The notes beneath the pieces are model-generated. The model searched no databases. It saw only the letters and a list, made by a program, of their open reading frames with translations, and was not told the DNA's origin. The translations under genes and the position numbers were made by a program. A stretch of 64,000 bases of DNA from Leucoraja ocellata (taxonomy: Eukaryota): the NCBI GenBank assembly GCA_036785375.1, contig JAWMAR010000008.1, positions 6,510,001 to 6,574,000 of the forward strand, written 5' to 3'. The number at the start of each line of letters is the position of its first letter. Position 1 is the stretch's first letter. Positions 51,019 through 63,023 of the stretch are shown piece after piece.

Positions 51019-54000
51019 CTGCAAGGAAGAAGGTTAAAACTTGTTAAAGGCAACCACAGTTACTGATCCACTCGCACCAGTAAATCATGAAGACCAACCT
51101 AAGAGTAGAAGGCAGAAGTTACATGTCTGTTCAGAAATACACATGATGATCATTCACTGTAAGAAGAACACAAGAACGGAGGAACATCATTCTGTTGAAG
51201 CCTGCCCTCCCATTAAATATGATCTATGGCTGATCTAAGCAAAAGAAGAAAAGCAATAGGGACATTGGAACAAAGTCAGCCAAAGAAATTCCTAACAACT
51301 CCTGTCCAACAATTTTGATTTTCATGCTGTTATGGTCCAATTTCCCAAAAAATTCCTTCCTTTGAGGAAGTCACTTACCCCTGAATAGGTGACTTCATCC
51401 AGTTACTAAATCAACAACCATTCTCTTTTCATGCTGCACATCCATTATGAGCCAACGTGTTCTCAGTACTGCAGGAATTATAGCTGTACCTGATCATATC
51501 CATTCATTCATATACATCCATATCTTCTGAGAAAGATCATTAATGTAGCGGAAACCCTGGCTGCATTTGTTTTCTGCTCCATCCCAGTGGCACTTTGCCA
51601 ACCTAACATGTTTCCTAACATCGCACAATGGCCAAATGCAGCATGGAATTAAAAAACTCAAACAAGATTTATCACCTGCCCAAGAAAGGATCAATTTCAC
51701 AGTGGATCATACGCAAACAAATTGAGACTCAAACAAATGAAAAAGTTGCAGAGGTGATAGAAAACACCAACATTTTACCCACAGCAAATAAAAGATATAC
51801 AACCTACTTAAGGATGGACAGAAATGTATGAAAACAGATGGTGGAATCTATTAAGAATAAACAGCAACAGTGCTCATGCAAGATGATATTCATAGCACAT
51901 TTAGTGAGGTTCATCATCCCAAAGCCCTTTGTACAAATGTAACCAGGATATGGCACCCAGCCACAAAAGGACATAAGGAGAAGTGACTAAAAGCTCGATC
52001 TAATTTAATTGTAAAGAAACATCACAAAGGAAGAGAGAAGAGAGGTTCAGGTCAGAAATTCCATAACTTAGGTCCTGGGTAGCTGAAGGAACTACATAAA
52101 TAATGAAAGACGATCTGTTAGCAGAACAGCTGGTAGTGGAATGACTGTGACGGGAAGAGAAAGCCTGCAAAGTTAAAAGCCCGTACGCACAGAAAGTGAT
52201 AAAATCCAATCCACTGAAGCAAAACACAGATAAATGGTCACAAAGAAGAAGCTGGGACTGCAAGGTGGAAGTGGGCAGGACACTGGTGAAGGCAGATTTA
52301 TGAGCAAGTTAAACAGCAGAGCTGAGAGTCTGGAATCTCCTGTCATTATTATAATGCTGGCATTAAATCAAAACTGATACCAGAATTTAGGCCCTTTTAA
52401 GACCAATCTACCAACCACTGTGAAAGAACAGCAAATCATTCTTCAGAAAAGGCTGAATTTGCTCACCACTCTTGCTTCCTGAATAACAGAAGCAGATGGA
52501 GTTACTCTGATGAGACAATGGTGTAAATTTCTAGTCACGACTCAGCTCCTGAAACAGTTACACATGGAATACTAAAGATTCCGCGTTAGTTCTGATGAAA
52601 ATGCAGCGCCTCTATTGAATGCAGTTAATAATCCTTCAAATCTCTTCAGCAAAGCTGGGTATAAAGCCATTCAGAGTGAAATCAATTATCACCATGGTAA
52701 CAATTCCACTTCTGTCTCAGTGCCTCTTCTGTGCATTAATCCTTTCTACTGCACAGTGATAAAAAAAAATTCACATAGGAAAATAACTGATCATGTTCAC
52801 TTGCAAATTCTAGGTTTAATCACAGAAAATAACATACTCTATTATAGATGAGGCAATATCTGTCACGGCACTCTTCCCCCCCAATTTGGACACATTTTAT
52901 TCTCAACTGTTATCCAACAGTTCAGTAGTCCACATTTATTTTTAGTACAAACCGGGCAAACATTTTTACCATTACAAACTACATGCAGTTCCATTAGAAA
53001 TGAGACAAAACTCCAGTGTTTATTACATAAAGCTTGGCTTAGTTAGATAACTTCAGAATGATAAATAACTATTATTTATAATAATATATCTTTTATCTTT
53101 ATATATATAAAAAAAGATTTATTATCTATTATAACCACATTCTGGGTTTTCCCTAATATATATATATATATTAATTCTCAGAGTGACATTGATTGTTTTA
53201 CTTCGCTGATACTATGAAATGAATAACAGAGACAAAAATAATGTTGTAACCAGAGACAAAAAACTGAATTTCAAGCAATCTTTTCCAAGCTAACTGATCT
53301 GCTCATGCCATTCTACAATTCTCAGATTTAGTCTTCCATTTTTGGAATACCAGAGAATCAAAAATGGTCCCATTACACCCCAATTTTGATGAAGGGTCTT
53401 CAACCTAAAATACTCAGTTTATGTTTCCACGCCACTGCCTGATCTGCTGAGTATTACCAGTATTTTTATTTTTTATTTTGTAGCAGCTAAATCATAATTC
53501 AAATGCAGAAACTGTTCTATTTTAAAGCTGTGAAAAGTAGGGAATGAGGAAAAACCATTCCAAGTTGTTATTGGTCACACTAAAGATTACCATGCTATTG
53601 TGAACTGTATTGAGCATTTGACAAAATACCAGAATAATTTTATAGGTTTAACAAAAAAGATGCTTCTTGAAAAAACATATGAATGTTTTGGAAAGAATTA
53701 CGTAGAGAGACTCCGGGCTCTATTCTGCGAAAAGTAGAGTCTATTTATATGCCCTTTTAATGCAACAAAATTTCCCACAATATGGGACCAGGGCCGATGG
53801 CCAAAATTCTGATATGAGGCAGGCTTCAGAAGTATTTTATGGGAGGAAAGAGACTGAGTAGCAACCAGATATTGTTAGTTACATAAAGGAAGTGACAGAT
53901 CCTGACAGTTATCAAGAGTTTAATTTATGTTCCGATTGCAAATATGCAGCATTGAGCCATGCATCTTTCCCTTATTTAAAATGCAGAAAATGAAAAGCTG

Positions 54001-54634
54001 ATGATTTTGTGCTTGACAACGTAATTGACTTTAGATCAGGTTCAAAACCCATTTATATCCTGGAAGCTCAGAAATAGTCCAGCATTGTAGATTTTAAAAT
54101 ATTAATTCCTTTATTAGTTAAGCAACATAGAAAACTTTTTTGAACAGTTTACCCTCATTTTTCAAACTCTTTCCAGTTTTTGTGTTACATTCGTCCTCGT
54201 AGAATTGTACTTCAGCACATATTTATGTTTCTCTGGTAATAAATAATCAGATGACTTTATACTATTTAATGAAACAGAATGAGCTAATTGAACAGTTCAG
54301 CTAATTTACAGTGATGAATTAGAAAATAAATCTGATATTCTCCAATACCCGCAAAATCTTAAAACCACTGAAAATGTATTTGTCTATTTTCCTTCAGCAG
54401 ATCCTTTGATTCAACATATTCTACATCAAATGTTCATACCCAAATATCAAATAATGCTTTCTGGAGTTAGTGGTGGGAGGGAGAGCGAGTCAGGGTGGGA
54501 GGATTGGGAGGCGAAGGGTGGAAAATCGTCTTTAAAGGGAAATAAATTGCTCCTGACTATTCCATTTGACACCCGGATTCTATCCATGGCCATTCCGAGT
54601 ATTCTCCGGAAAAGATACTGAAATATTTGGAGAT

Positions 54635-54750
54635 TCAGAATGAAGAAGTGTCTCGACCCGAAACGTCACCTATTCCTTTCTCCAGAGATGCTGCGTGTCC
54701 CGCTGAGTTACGCCAGCTTTTTATGTCTATCTTTGGTTTAAACCAGCATT
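54635..54750 (+). mobile_element. Penelope-derived short insert
   Basis: tgaagaagtgtctcgacccgaaacgtcacc...ttaaaccagcat. Confidence 0.8.
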
Positions 54751-55347
54751 GTCTGGTACTGGTCAAATACAAATAACAAGGGTACAAGGATAATTATCCC
54801 CGTTTATGTCAGTTTACAACTTTGAAATAAATGGAAATTCTGAGGATGTCATCGCAGCTTCAAGATGCCCCAACAAGGAGAAACATAAATTCAAAATCTA
54901 TCACCCCTTATTGAACATACTGACAATAGTCTGAGAATAAAGCTCGACTCTTCCTGCTCAAGCCATGGGCGTAGCACAGGGGTACAAAATGAAAAGTAAA
55001 AATATCTAATTGGATATATGGGAGGAAAATATCTGGGAGGAAGAAAGAAGGAAAAGGATTGTTCTCTGCTCACAAACAAGATTTTTTGCAAACAGCCACT
55101 TTGGAGGTAAACAATCCATCAAAAGATTTAGCCAAGTGGAATCCATCCCACTACCTTCCTTTGATTTAATTGCCTTTTCGATATTCACTCTTACACTGAT
55201 GATGTATTGACATCCAGTGCATTTGCCAAACAGGGAATGAGACCAAGTGTATTGAAGCTGATACCGAGAAACACAGCAGCAGGTTTTATAAATCGGTTCC
55301 TGATCTCCTCGCTAAAATAAGTGCTCATTGAATATCTTGCGATGTAC

Positions 55348-55491
55348 CTGTTGGGATGATGGATCCATCTCAACCAATTCATCAGTTTCCACAACCGGCT
55401 CACTGTCAGGGGAGGTAGACTCGACAGGTATCACTACAACAGGGCTGACATGTTCAGACAGAGCTGAGGCCCGCAGGAAGTTTGGAGGATT
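55348..55491 (-). CDS. HIP1: HIP1 exon (~11), 144 nt: NPPNFLRASALSEHVSPVVVIPVESTSPDSEPVVETDELVEMDPSSQQ (clathrin box LVEMD)
   Basis: ttgcag|AAT...CAG|gtacat; within ORF 55312..55497. Confidence 0.95.
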
Positions 55492-55744
55492 CTGCAAGAT
55501 AAAGGAATAACCAATAGTCAGTTAAAGTATAATGCAAGTACACAGCAAATCATTCAACATATATTTGGGTTAATGCTTTGGGCGTGGACTGTTCAGCCTA
55601 CAGCTGAAATATCAACATTTCTTTGCTTATTTTTTTTTTGTTAGAAGTAAGTACAATAATGTGGTACCACAGTACCTAATACATATTGACTTCTTTGCTT
55701 ATAATAGTGTTTTTAGGAAGGAAATGAGTGGAACTTCAAGCAAA

Positions 55745-56250
55745 CTGTGGCACAGTGGCGCAGCGGTAAAATTGCTGCCTAACAGCGCCAGACACCCTGA
55801 TTCGATTATGACTACAGGTACTGTCTGTGCAGATTTTCTGTGCAGAATTCTCTGCCATAGAAGGCAGTGGAGGCCAATTCACTGGATGTTTTCAAGATTT
55901 AACTCTTAGGGCTAAGGGAATCAAGGGATATGGGGGAAAAAGCCAGAACGGGGTTCTGATTTTGGATTATCAGCCATGATCATATTGAATGGCGGTGCTG
56001 GCTCGAAGGGCCGAATGGCCTACTCCTGCACCTATTTTCTATATTTCTATGTTTGCACGTTCTCCCTGTGACCGCGTGGGTTTTCTCCGGTTGCTCCTGT
56101 TTCCTCCCACAGGTGTGCAGGTCTGTAGGTTAAGTGACTTCTGTAAATTGTCTCTTGTGTGTAGGTGAACGTTGATCAGCGTGGACTCTGTGAGCTGAAG
56201 GTCCTATTTCAACGCTCTACCTCTAAATTAAACTAAAATTAAATTAAACA
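55745..56250 (+). mobile_element. HE1-like V-SINE interrupted by a CR1 3' end (~55843-56050)
   Basis: Head ggcacagtggcgcagcggtaaaattgctgcc; resumes at gtttgcacgttctccctgtgaccgcg; (taaa)n-like tail. Confidence 0.85.
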
Positions 56251-56514
56251 AAGCATTTAAACATCTGATAATATCATTACACCAATTTGTAGGGTGATAT
56301 TATTTGGTACTTAAATGCATAATGTTTGAAAGAAATACAACTGCAAGGAATCTGAATGACTTCAAGGATAGTAGTACAAATTCATCATTTAAGTTGAGGC
56401 TTACGCCAAATATGCAAAATCTTCTCACTGTCTATTCAGAATTGTATCTGCAGCATTACAGTTTCAATTTTGTTTTGTTAACTACTGCCAAACAACCATC
56501 TTTATGTCCCCATC

Positions 56515-56646
56515 ATCAGTCTGAAGAAGCGTCTCGACCTGAAACGTCACCCATTCCTTCGCTCGATAGATGCTGGCTCACCCGCTGAGTTTCTCCAACT
56601 GTTTGTCTACCTTCGATTTTTCCAGCATCTGCAGTTCTTTTTTAAA
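56515..56646 (+). mobile_element. Penelope-derived short insert with hammerhead core (56521-56548) and TSD
   Basis: catctttatgt(t)ccccatc on both sides; CTGAAGA...GAAACGTC. Confidence 0.8.
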
Positions 56647-57490
56647 CATCTTTATGTTCCCCATCTTTTCTTAATTTTATCTGATGCACAGTCATCACTT
56701 TATATAAAAAACTAAACTTCAGCATTTTATTTTCCCTCTTACCCTCCCCCCCCCCCCCCCCCCCATCTCTTCCTTTGGTTTAATATTTCACTCCTCTTCT
56801 CCTTATCTGACAATCTTTCATCTCCTTTCGATCCCTAGCCTTTGTGTTATTCCACCACTCTGCTAATTCATCCCCCACACCTATAACCACATCACCTATA
56901 ACCACAAACCACAGGCTTTGTCCTACCCCCATCTCACTTTTAAAACTTACTACCCCCCCCCCCCCCTCGAAACTACTATCACTGAAGAAGTGTACCAAGT
57001 CAATGCATCGCTTATCCATTCCCACCACAGATGTTGTTGACATGCTGAGTTACTCCAGCACGTTGTGTTTTGCTGTTTGTTAGTCAAAGTATTTTCTGCC
57101 CAAGAACGATGGATGGCTCTTAAAATCCACAAAGATGTTTTCCAGGTTCTGGATTTTGGAAATTTCCAAATTGATTTCAATTTGATCACTGCCTGCAATT
57201 TTCCTGAAACGTTCATCTGAAATTCAGAGCTATATTGTAAATTCTGAAATCCTAAACTACAAAATAAAACATCAGCTTTGCTCACCTGGGCCCTGCCCTA
57301 AGGGTATTGCTTGCAGACTATTCACAATGTTTGACTCATGTTAAATGTAATAGCCACAGGGACTGTTGTTGTGGTTGCTCTACAGAAAATAATTTGCTTG
57401 CATTGCAACATGACCTCCGTAACCTGGTGCTTTGCCAATCTTATTTTCAAGGTACCTTGGGAATATAGCGTGCTTCCGCAGTCACACTAA

Positions 57491-58201
57491 AGGGCCTGTC
57501 CCACTGACGCGACTTTACAGCGACTGTCTTCGACCTTCAAGCTCGAGGGCACTCGCCTGGAAAACCTCGAGCTGGATCGACCGTGAGCGATGAAACCGCG
57601 AGCTGGATCTATCGATCGATCGACCACACGCACGTGCACACACGTCGCAAAGGCGGGGGCCAGGGAAAGCGGGGAAGCGCTATCTGAAATTCACGCCCGC
57701 AATGCACTGTGTACGGTAAGTCCTTTAGAGAGCACGGAGGGGGGGGGGGGGGGGGGGGGGAGATAAGGGGAGAGAGGGGGAGAGAAGGGGAGAGAAGGGG
57801 GGAAGAGTGGAAACACTTTTAAGAAGTCAGACATCGTTTAATAAAATTTAGCGGGTTTTCCTTGGTCCTGAAAACTCCAATGAGCCAATTAAAATGACCG
57901 GTCAGCGAAGGAGATTGCCTACGGCTGCCCTCGACTGCCTGTAACTACATCGCGAACCCACTCCACTGCACTACGAGTTCAAAAGAACCATGCCAACCAA
58001 GTTTTACTCGCGGAAAATTTTTGAACATGCTGAAAAAGTTTCCTCAACCAAACTCAGGCGGGAACTTCCCTCGAGCATGAAGGAGAGTTACAGTGACCTC
58101 ATAGGACCTCCTAGGACTACGTGTCGACCATGCTGCGAGTTTGAGTCGAGGGCGAACTGTTCTAAACCCGCAGATCAGGTTGCCGCAGTGGGATAGCCCC
58201 T
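57491..58201. mobile_element. Non-autonomous DNA transposon (PIF/Harbinger-like MITE)
   Basis: TIRs agggcctgtcccactg / cagtgggatagcccct (14/16 match); TAA on both flanks (57488-57490, 58202-58204); CpG-rich, no transposase. Confidence 0.8.
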
Positions 58202-58562
58202 TAACTTACCCCTCCTTATTTGAAGAAAACAAGTGCCTTCTAGTCGAATGGAATTTTTTGGAAATCAGTCAATACACTACAACCGTGGGAGTCTGCAGAC
58301 TGAAGTCTCATTCAGCAGTTACGAGAACTGGATAAGAACAAGAATAACTTAAAACAGTTGGAGAGAGGTTATGTGTGATTTCATATGAAATCAGCGTTTG
58401 GCCCAAGTACAACATGAGGGTCAATAATCACGTTCCAATTGAAAATTAGCACTTCAACACTTCCTGGAAATAAGTACTGCAAATTTTTTCGAGGTACCCA
58501 ACGTACCTAATTATAGGGTAGGAAGATCAGGAGAGGTAAAGGGTTGAAGGTAAAGGCACCAC

Positions 58563-58762
58563 NNNNNNNNNNNNNNNNNNNNNNNNNNNNNNNNNNNNNN
58601 NNNNNNNNNNNNNNNNNNNNNNNNNNNNNNNNNNNNNNNNNNNNNNNNNNNNNNNNNNNNNNNNNNNNNNNNNNNNNNNNNNNNNNNNNNNNNNNNNNNN
58701 NNNNNNNNNNNNNNNNNNNNNNNNNNNNNNNNNNNNNNNNNNNNNNNNNNNNNNNNNNNNNN
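58563..58762. other. Assembly gap (200 N)
   Basis: Run of exactly 200 n. Confidence 1.
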
Positions 58763-59957
58763 AACCCTATCTCAACATGGAACTGTTTGGCACTTTGCGC
58801 TACTATGGTTGCTCTACATATGTTGCATGTTGCACTGTCATCGTTTGGTTTACTTGGAATAACTGATAATTTATTGTGCGCTTGGTGTTGTACCTAATGT
58901 GCCTGTAAAGCTGCGGCAATGAAGAATTTCATATCTGGTACAAATAACTAATAAACACTCTCTGTCCGGATGTTGCAGGTGATGCCACATTGGCACTCTG
59001 CTCTTATTTATCTCCATCTTTGGATAATACAAGATGAGGAGGAGCACTAAATAACCTTTTCATTTTGTTTTCCCTTTAGAGGATTATCCTCTGAGCGATG
59101 AAACAGTAAGAATATTTGGAGTAGGACAGGATGGGGTGTATGGGACTTGTAACCATGAAAAAGCAGTACATTTTGATCTGGAGTTAAACTTGACAGGTAA
59201 ACTTTCTTCCTTAATTTGGTGATTCTCACAGCACGCCAACACCGTCTCAGTTACGCCTTGTCAACCTCTTCTAATGCTGTCCCTGACAGGTTCACTGGCC
59301 CCAAGGTGCACAAGACCATTTTCCAATTATGTGTTGATTGTACCAAGACTCATTGAATGCTTGTAAGAGCTCTCTTCCTCTGCTCTGCAACCTCTCCTGC
59401 CTCCACAGTAGCTGTAGCTTGTCCTTCTCAGAAACTGCTGCCAGGGACATGAAATTATGGTCCCAATGGAACTATCTGCAGCCTATTTGAGCGCATGCTG
59501 ATGTTTATAAATCACGTAGAAGCAGTTTCAAATGTCCTTTGGTCAACTTAATTATTTAATTTCAAGGAATCCATAAAGAATTGAGCACAAAACACATCAA
59601 ATGTTTAATACATCAAAAACATTTCTGGTTGCTTTACTGTCTGCAGATTCTTTTCAATGACAGACAAGATTCTGTAACAGTTTATAGCAATGAGGAGATG
59701 ATAACTTTATTAAAGTTTGGCAAATGTTCCCCGTTAACTTTATCACCTCTGCTTGAAGATTAAATACTGAAATGACATTCATTAAAACAATCTCTGAAAG
59801 GAAGGAGAGGAACCAGCAGATAATTCTTATTGAAAAAAAGATCGCTTTATCAGTTAGATAATAGACTTTTTGTATGTATGACTGCAGAAACAACATTTCA
59901 TTTGGACCTCAACGAGGTTCAAATGACAAATAAAATTGTATTGTATTGTATTGTATT

Positions 59958-60360
59958 GTAGACAATAGGTGCAGGAGTAGGCCATTCGGCCCTTCGAGCC
60001 AGCACCGCCATTTAATGTGATCATGCCTGATCATCCCCAATCAGTACCCTGTTCCTGCCTTCTCCCCATATCCCCTGACCCGCTATCTTTAAGAGACCTA
60101 TCTAGCTCTCTCTTGAAAGTATCCAGTGAAATGGCTTCCACCGCCCTCTGAGGCAGAGAATTCCACAGACTCACAACTCTCTGTGAGAAAAAGTGTTTCC
60201 TCGTCTCCGTTCTAAATGGCTTACCCCTTATTCTTACACTGTGGCCCCCTGGTTCTGGACTCCCCCAACATCGGGAACATGTTTCCTGCCTCTAGCATGT
60301 CCAAACCCTTAATAATCTTATATGTTTCAATAAGATCCCCCTCATCCTTCTAAACTCCAG
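59958..60360 (-). mobile_element. Young CR1 3' fragment, same subfamily as 44428-44805, opposite orientation
   Basis: Reverse complement aligns by eye along ~375 bp with the 44428 copy; abuts an (attgt)n tail of another element. Confidence 0.9.
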
Positions 60361-60441
60361 TAACAATTTCAATGCTTGTTTTCCACATAATATGCACAAC
60401 TGGTGTACCCTGTGTGATTTTAATCTTGAAAATCAGCTTAC

Positions 60442-60517
60442 CTCTGGAAGCTGTGGAATCTGGATCAGTCGCTTGAAATATTGTAAGTTGCTGGATATAT
60501 AAAATAATTCTTTAAGT
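60442..60517 (-). CDS. HIP1: HIP1 exon (~10), 76 nt: LKELFYISSNLQYFKRLIQIPQLPE
   Basis: ttcacag|A...GAG|gtaagc; phase fits the previous exon. Confidence 0.95.
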
Positions 60518-61189
60518 CTGTGAAGTAAAACAATGGTAAATTGTCAAGTGTATTCTAAATGGGCAAATTAAAAGTCACCATGCAACATCTGCTGTAACAT
60601 CCAGTGACTGGCAGGAAATCTAGTGATGGCGTAACTGGGCAGAAGATGGATAAATATAGATTTTTTTTCCTCCTGCTTGTATATCACATTGCTGACAAAC
60701 CCATCAAAATAATCAATGAATGCTGCTTACAATATTTCAAAAATCTTTTAAACATCAGCCCTGAGCACAATGAAGGGTTTGCGGTGAAGAAGGGGTTTAG
60801 AGACAGACACTCATTAAATTAAACCACATGAGAACTGACAGTCTATAATATGTTAGAGCACAGATCCTAGTTACTGGAAGATACATTTGCAGATAGCTAT
60901 TTTAGGAGTCAATAATGTTCTGGTAACTGATGACCAAAGACATTGCAAGGATGACCTATTGTCTATTGACATAAAAATACATTATATAAAAATGGTTTAA
61001 TATAAAATCCCACCAGTTACTTCACACTCATCCACCCCTCCATCCCTTCCCCACTTCACCAAATAAACATGTTCATAAAATGTCAGAATTAGGCCATTCG
61101 GCCCATCAAGTGTACTCTGTCATTCAATCATGGGTGATCTGTCTCAATCCCATTCTTCTGCCTTTCTCCATAACCTTTGACATCCTTAG

Positions 61190-61700
61190 AGAGTCAAAAA
61201 CTTCAAATTCCTGGGCGTGCATATTTCCGAAGATCTCTCCTGCACCCAGCACACTGGTGCAATTATAAATAAAGCACATCAACGCCTCTACTTCCTGAAA
61301 AGATTACGGAGATTCGGTATGTCAGAGAGGATTCTCTTGAGCTTCTACAGGTGAACAGTAGAGAGCATGTTGACGGGTTGCATCATGGCCTCGTTCAGCA
61401 ACTTGAACGTCCAGGAGCGGAAAAGACTGCAAAAAGTGGTGAACACTGCCCAGTCCATCACCACTCTGACCTCCCCACCATCGAAAGGATTTATCAGAGT
61501 CGCTGCCTCAGAAAGGCAGCCAGCATCATCAGAGACCCACACCATCCTGGCCACACACTCATTTCACCCCTGCCATTGGGAAGAAAGTATAGGAGCCTGA
61601 AAACTGTAACGTCCAGGTGCATTAACAGCTTCTTCCCTTCGGCCATGATGCTATTAATCACTACAACCACAAAAAGCTGAACTACAATAGACTATAATTA
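61190..61700 (+). mobile_element. Rex1/Babar-clade LINE fragment
   Basis: ORFs 61351..61680 and 61367..61600 (RKRLQKVVNTAQSI; DPHHPGH); same family as 36944-38060. Confidence 0.88.
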
Positions 61701-61769
61701 TTATTATTGTACCACTATTGTTTGTTTTTGAGTATGTGTATGTATGCATGTATTTATATACACACACAC

Positions 61770-62465
61770 ACATCAATGCCTTTATTCCTACTACCAAAGT
61801 GCATCTCTGCACACCTTGCTATGCTGTATTCCATCTGCCACTTCTTTGCCCTCTCTCCCAACCTGTTCACGTCTTTCTGCGGACTCCCTGCTACTTCTAC
61901 AATACCTGCCCTTCCACTTATCTTTGTACCAATGCGAACTTACCCACAAAGCCATCAATTCCATCGTCCAAATCATTGATATTCAACGTGAGGAGTAGCA
62001 GCCCCAACACCAACTCCTGCAGAACACCACTAGTCACTTGCAACCAACCAGTGAAAGACCATATTCCTACTCTTTACCTTCTGCCATTCAGCCAACCTTC
62101 TATCCATGTGAGGACCTAATACCATGGGCTTTCATCTTGTTTGGTAGCCTCATATGCGGCACCTTTTCAAAGGCCTTCTGAAAATCCAGGTAAACAGCAT
62201 CTATTGACTCTCTTTTGTCTATCCTGCTATTTATTTTCTCAAAGAATTCCAACAGATACATCAGGTAAGAACTCCCCTTAACAAAACCCAGGCTGACTTT
62301 GGCCTATTTTATCATGTGCTTCTAAGTACTCGGAAACCTCATGCTTAATAATGGACTCCAAAATCTTACCAAGCACTGATGTGAGGCCAACCGGCCTATA
62401 GCTTCCCCTCTTTTGCTTCAGTCCCTTCGTGAACAGTGGAGTAACATTTGCAATTTTCCAGTCAG
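61770..62465 (-). mobile_element. CR1 ORF2 (RT) fragment
   Basis: ORF 62278..62484 (DWKIANVTPLF.KG......YRPV.LTSV.GKILESIIK...EYLE). Confidence 0.88.
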
Positions 62466-62965
62466 GATACTGCTTGTCAATCACCCTGGGCCTTCAATAA
62501 TTTTACTGCATTAATTTTACAAGCATCCTAAACCTCATTGAATCCATTTCCCATTGATGTCGCCTGTAGCTATGTTAAAATCCATTTTTTGCAGCACATT
62601 TTTAACTCCTTATCTTAGCTTCCTTCCTGCATTTCAATAATGACTGCATTACAAAACTCTGTGTTGTGAAAGACACTACTTAATTTCACATCTTTATTTC
62701 ACTCTCTCAAATCCAACAGCTCATGTAAATGTCTTCTCTTGAGATATTTTGCAATAATGAAAGCATCATATGACTAAACATAAGTACCATTTGGCATTGT
62801 TGCAAAAATACATTACAGGAAGAAACTCTTTGTCAAACTGTATAGCCAGCAAAGCAAAAAGTTAGCAGTTTCAAAGATGTGCTTAATGGAGGAAACAGCA
62901 TTGGTTTCACAATGCTAATGACTGAGGTGGTGGGTCAACGGGATGCGATAAGCTTTACTACTTAC

Positions 62966-63023
62966 TTTTTAAACTGTTCATGAAACCGATCTCTATGACC
63001 TTGCAATGTGTCAGCTGGGAGAC
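62966..63023 (-). CDS. HIP1: HIP1 exon (~9), 58 nt: (C)LPADTLQGHRDRFHEQFK(K)
   Basis: cctgcag|GT...AA|gtaagt; peptide matches the end of the HIP1 ANTH region. Confidence 0.95.

Larger units (their letters stand above)
3584..63023 (-). other. HIP1: HIP1 gene, partial (22 coding exons; 5' exons outside window, terminal exon unresolved)
   Basis: Manually spliced exons give a continuous 794-codon frame with HIP1-diagnostic peptides: NPPNFLRASALSEH, FDDLF/DPFNF, HADLLRKN, DAADLVVQGKGKFEELMVCSHEIAASTAQLVAASK, MDFSSMTLTQIKRQEMDSQ, HYELAGVSEGWDEG. These follow HIP1 rather than HIP1R. Confidence 0.96.

Noticed and set aside
53702-53724. 23-nt cryptic exon (cttttcgcag|...|gtaatt) between exons ~11 and ~12
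   Set aside because: Frameshifting with a weak donor context, and the flanking exons already join in frame; no support without RNA data.
54950-55120. Possible L1/Tx1 ORF2 C-terminal remnant (DIWEENIWEEE...)
   Set aside because: Similarity too short and vague to call without a profile search.
55745-55815. tRNA gene (A/B-box-like sequence; also ~2960-3022 and ~18430-18503)
   Set aside because: These are tRNA-derived SINE heads continuing into SINE core sequence; no complete cloverleaf.
58544-58897. ORF spanning X residues
   Set aside because: Created by the 200-N gap. Exons on either side join in frame, so no constitutive exon needs to be hidden there.
3584-63023. Calling the gene HIP1R or talin
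   Set aside because: The DPF/FxDxF exon, LVVQGKGKFEELMVC, MTLTQIKRQEMDSQ and HYELAGV.EGW match HIP1; no HIP1R proline-rich tail is seen; the ANTH/coiled-coil architecture excludes talin.
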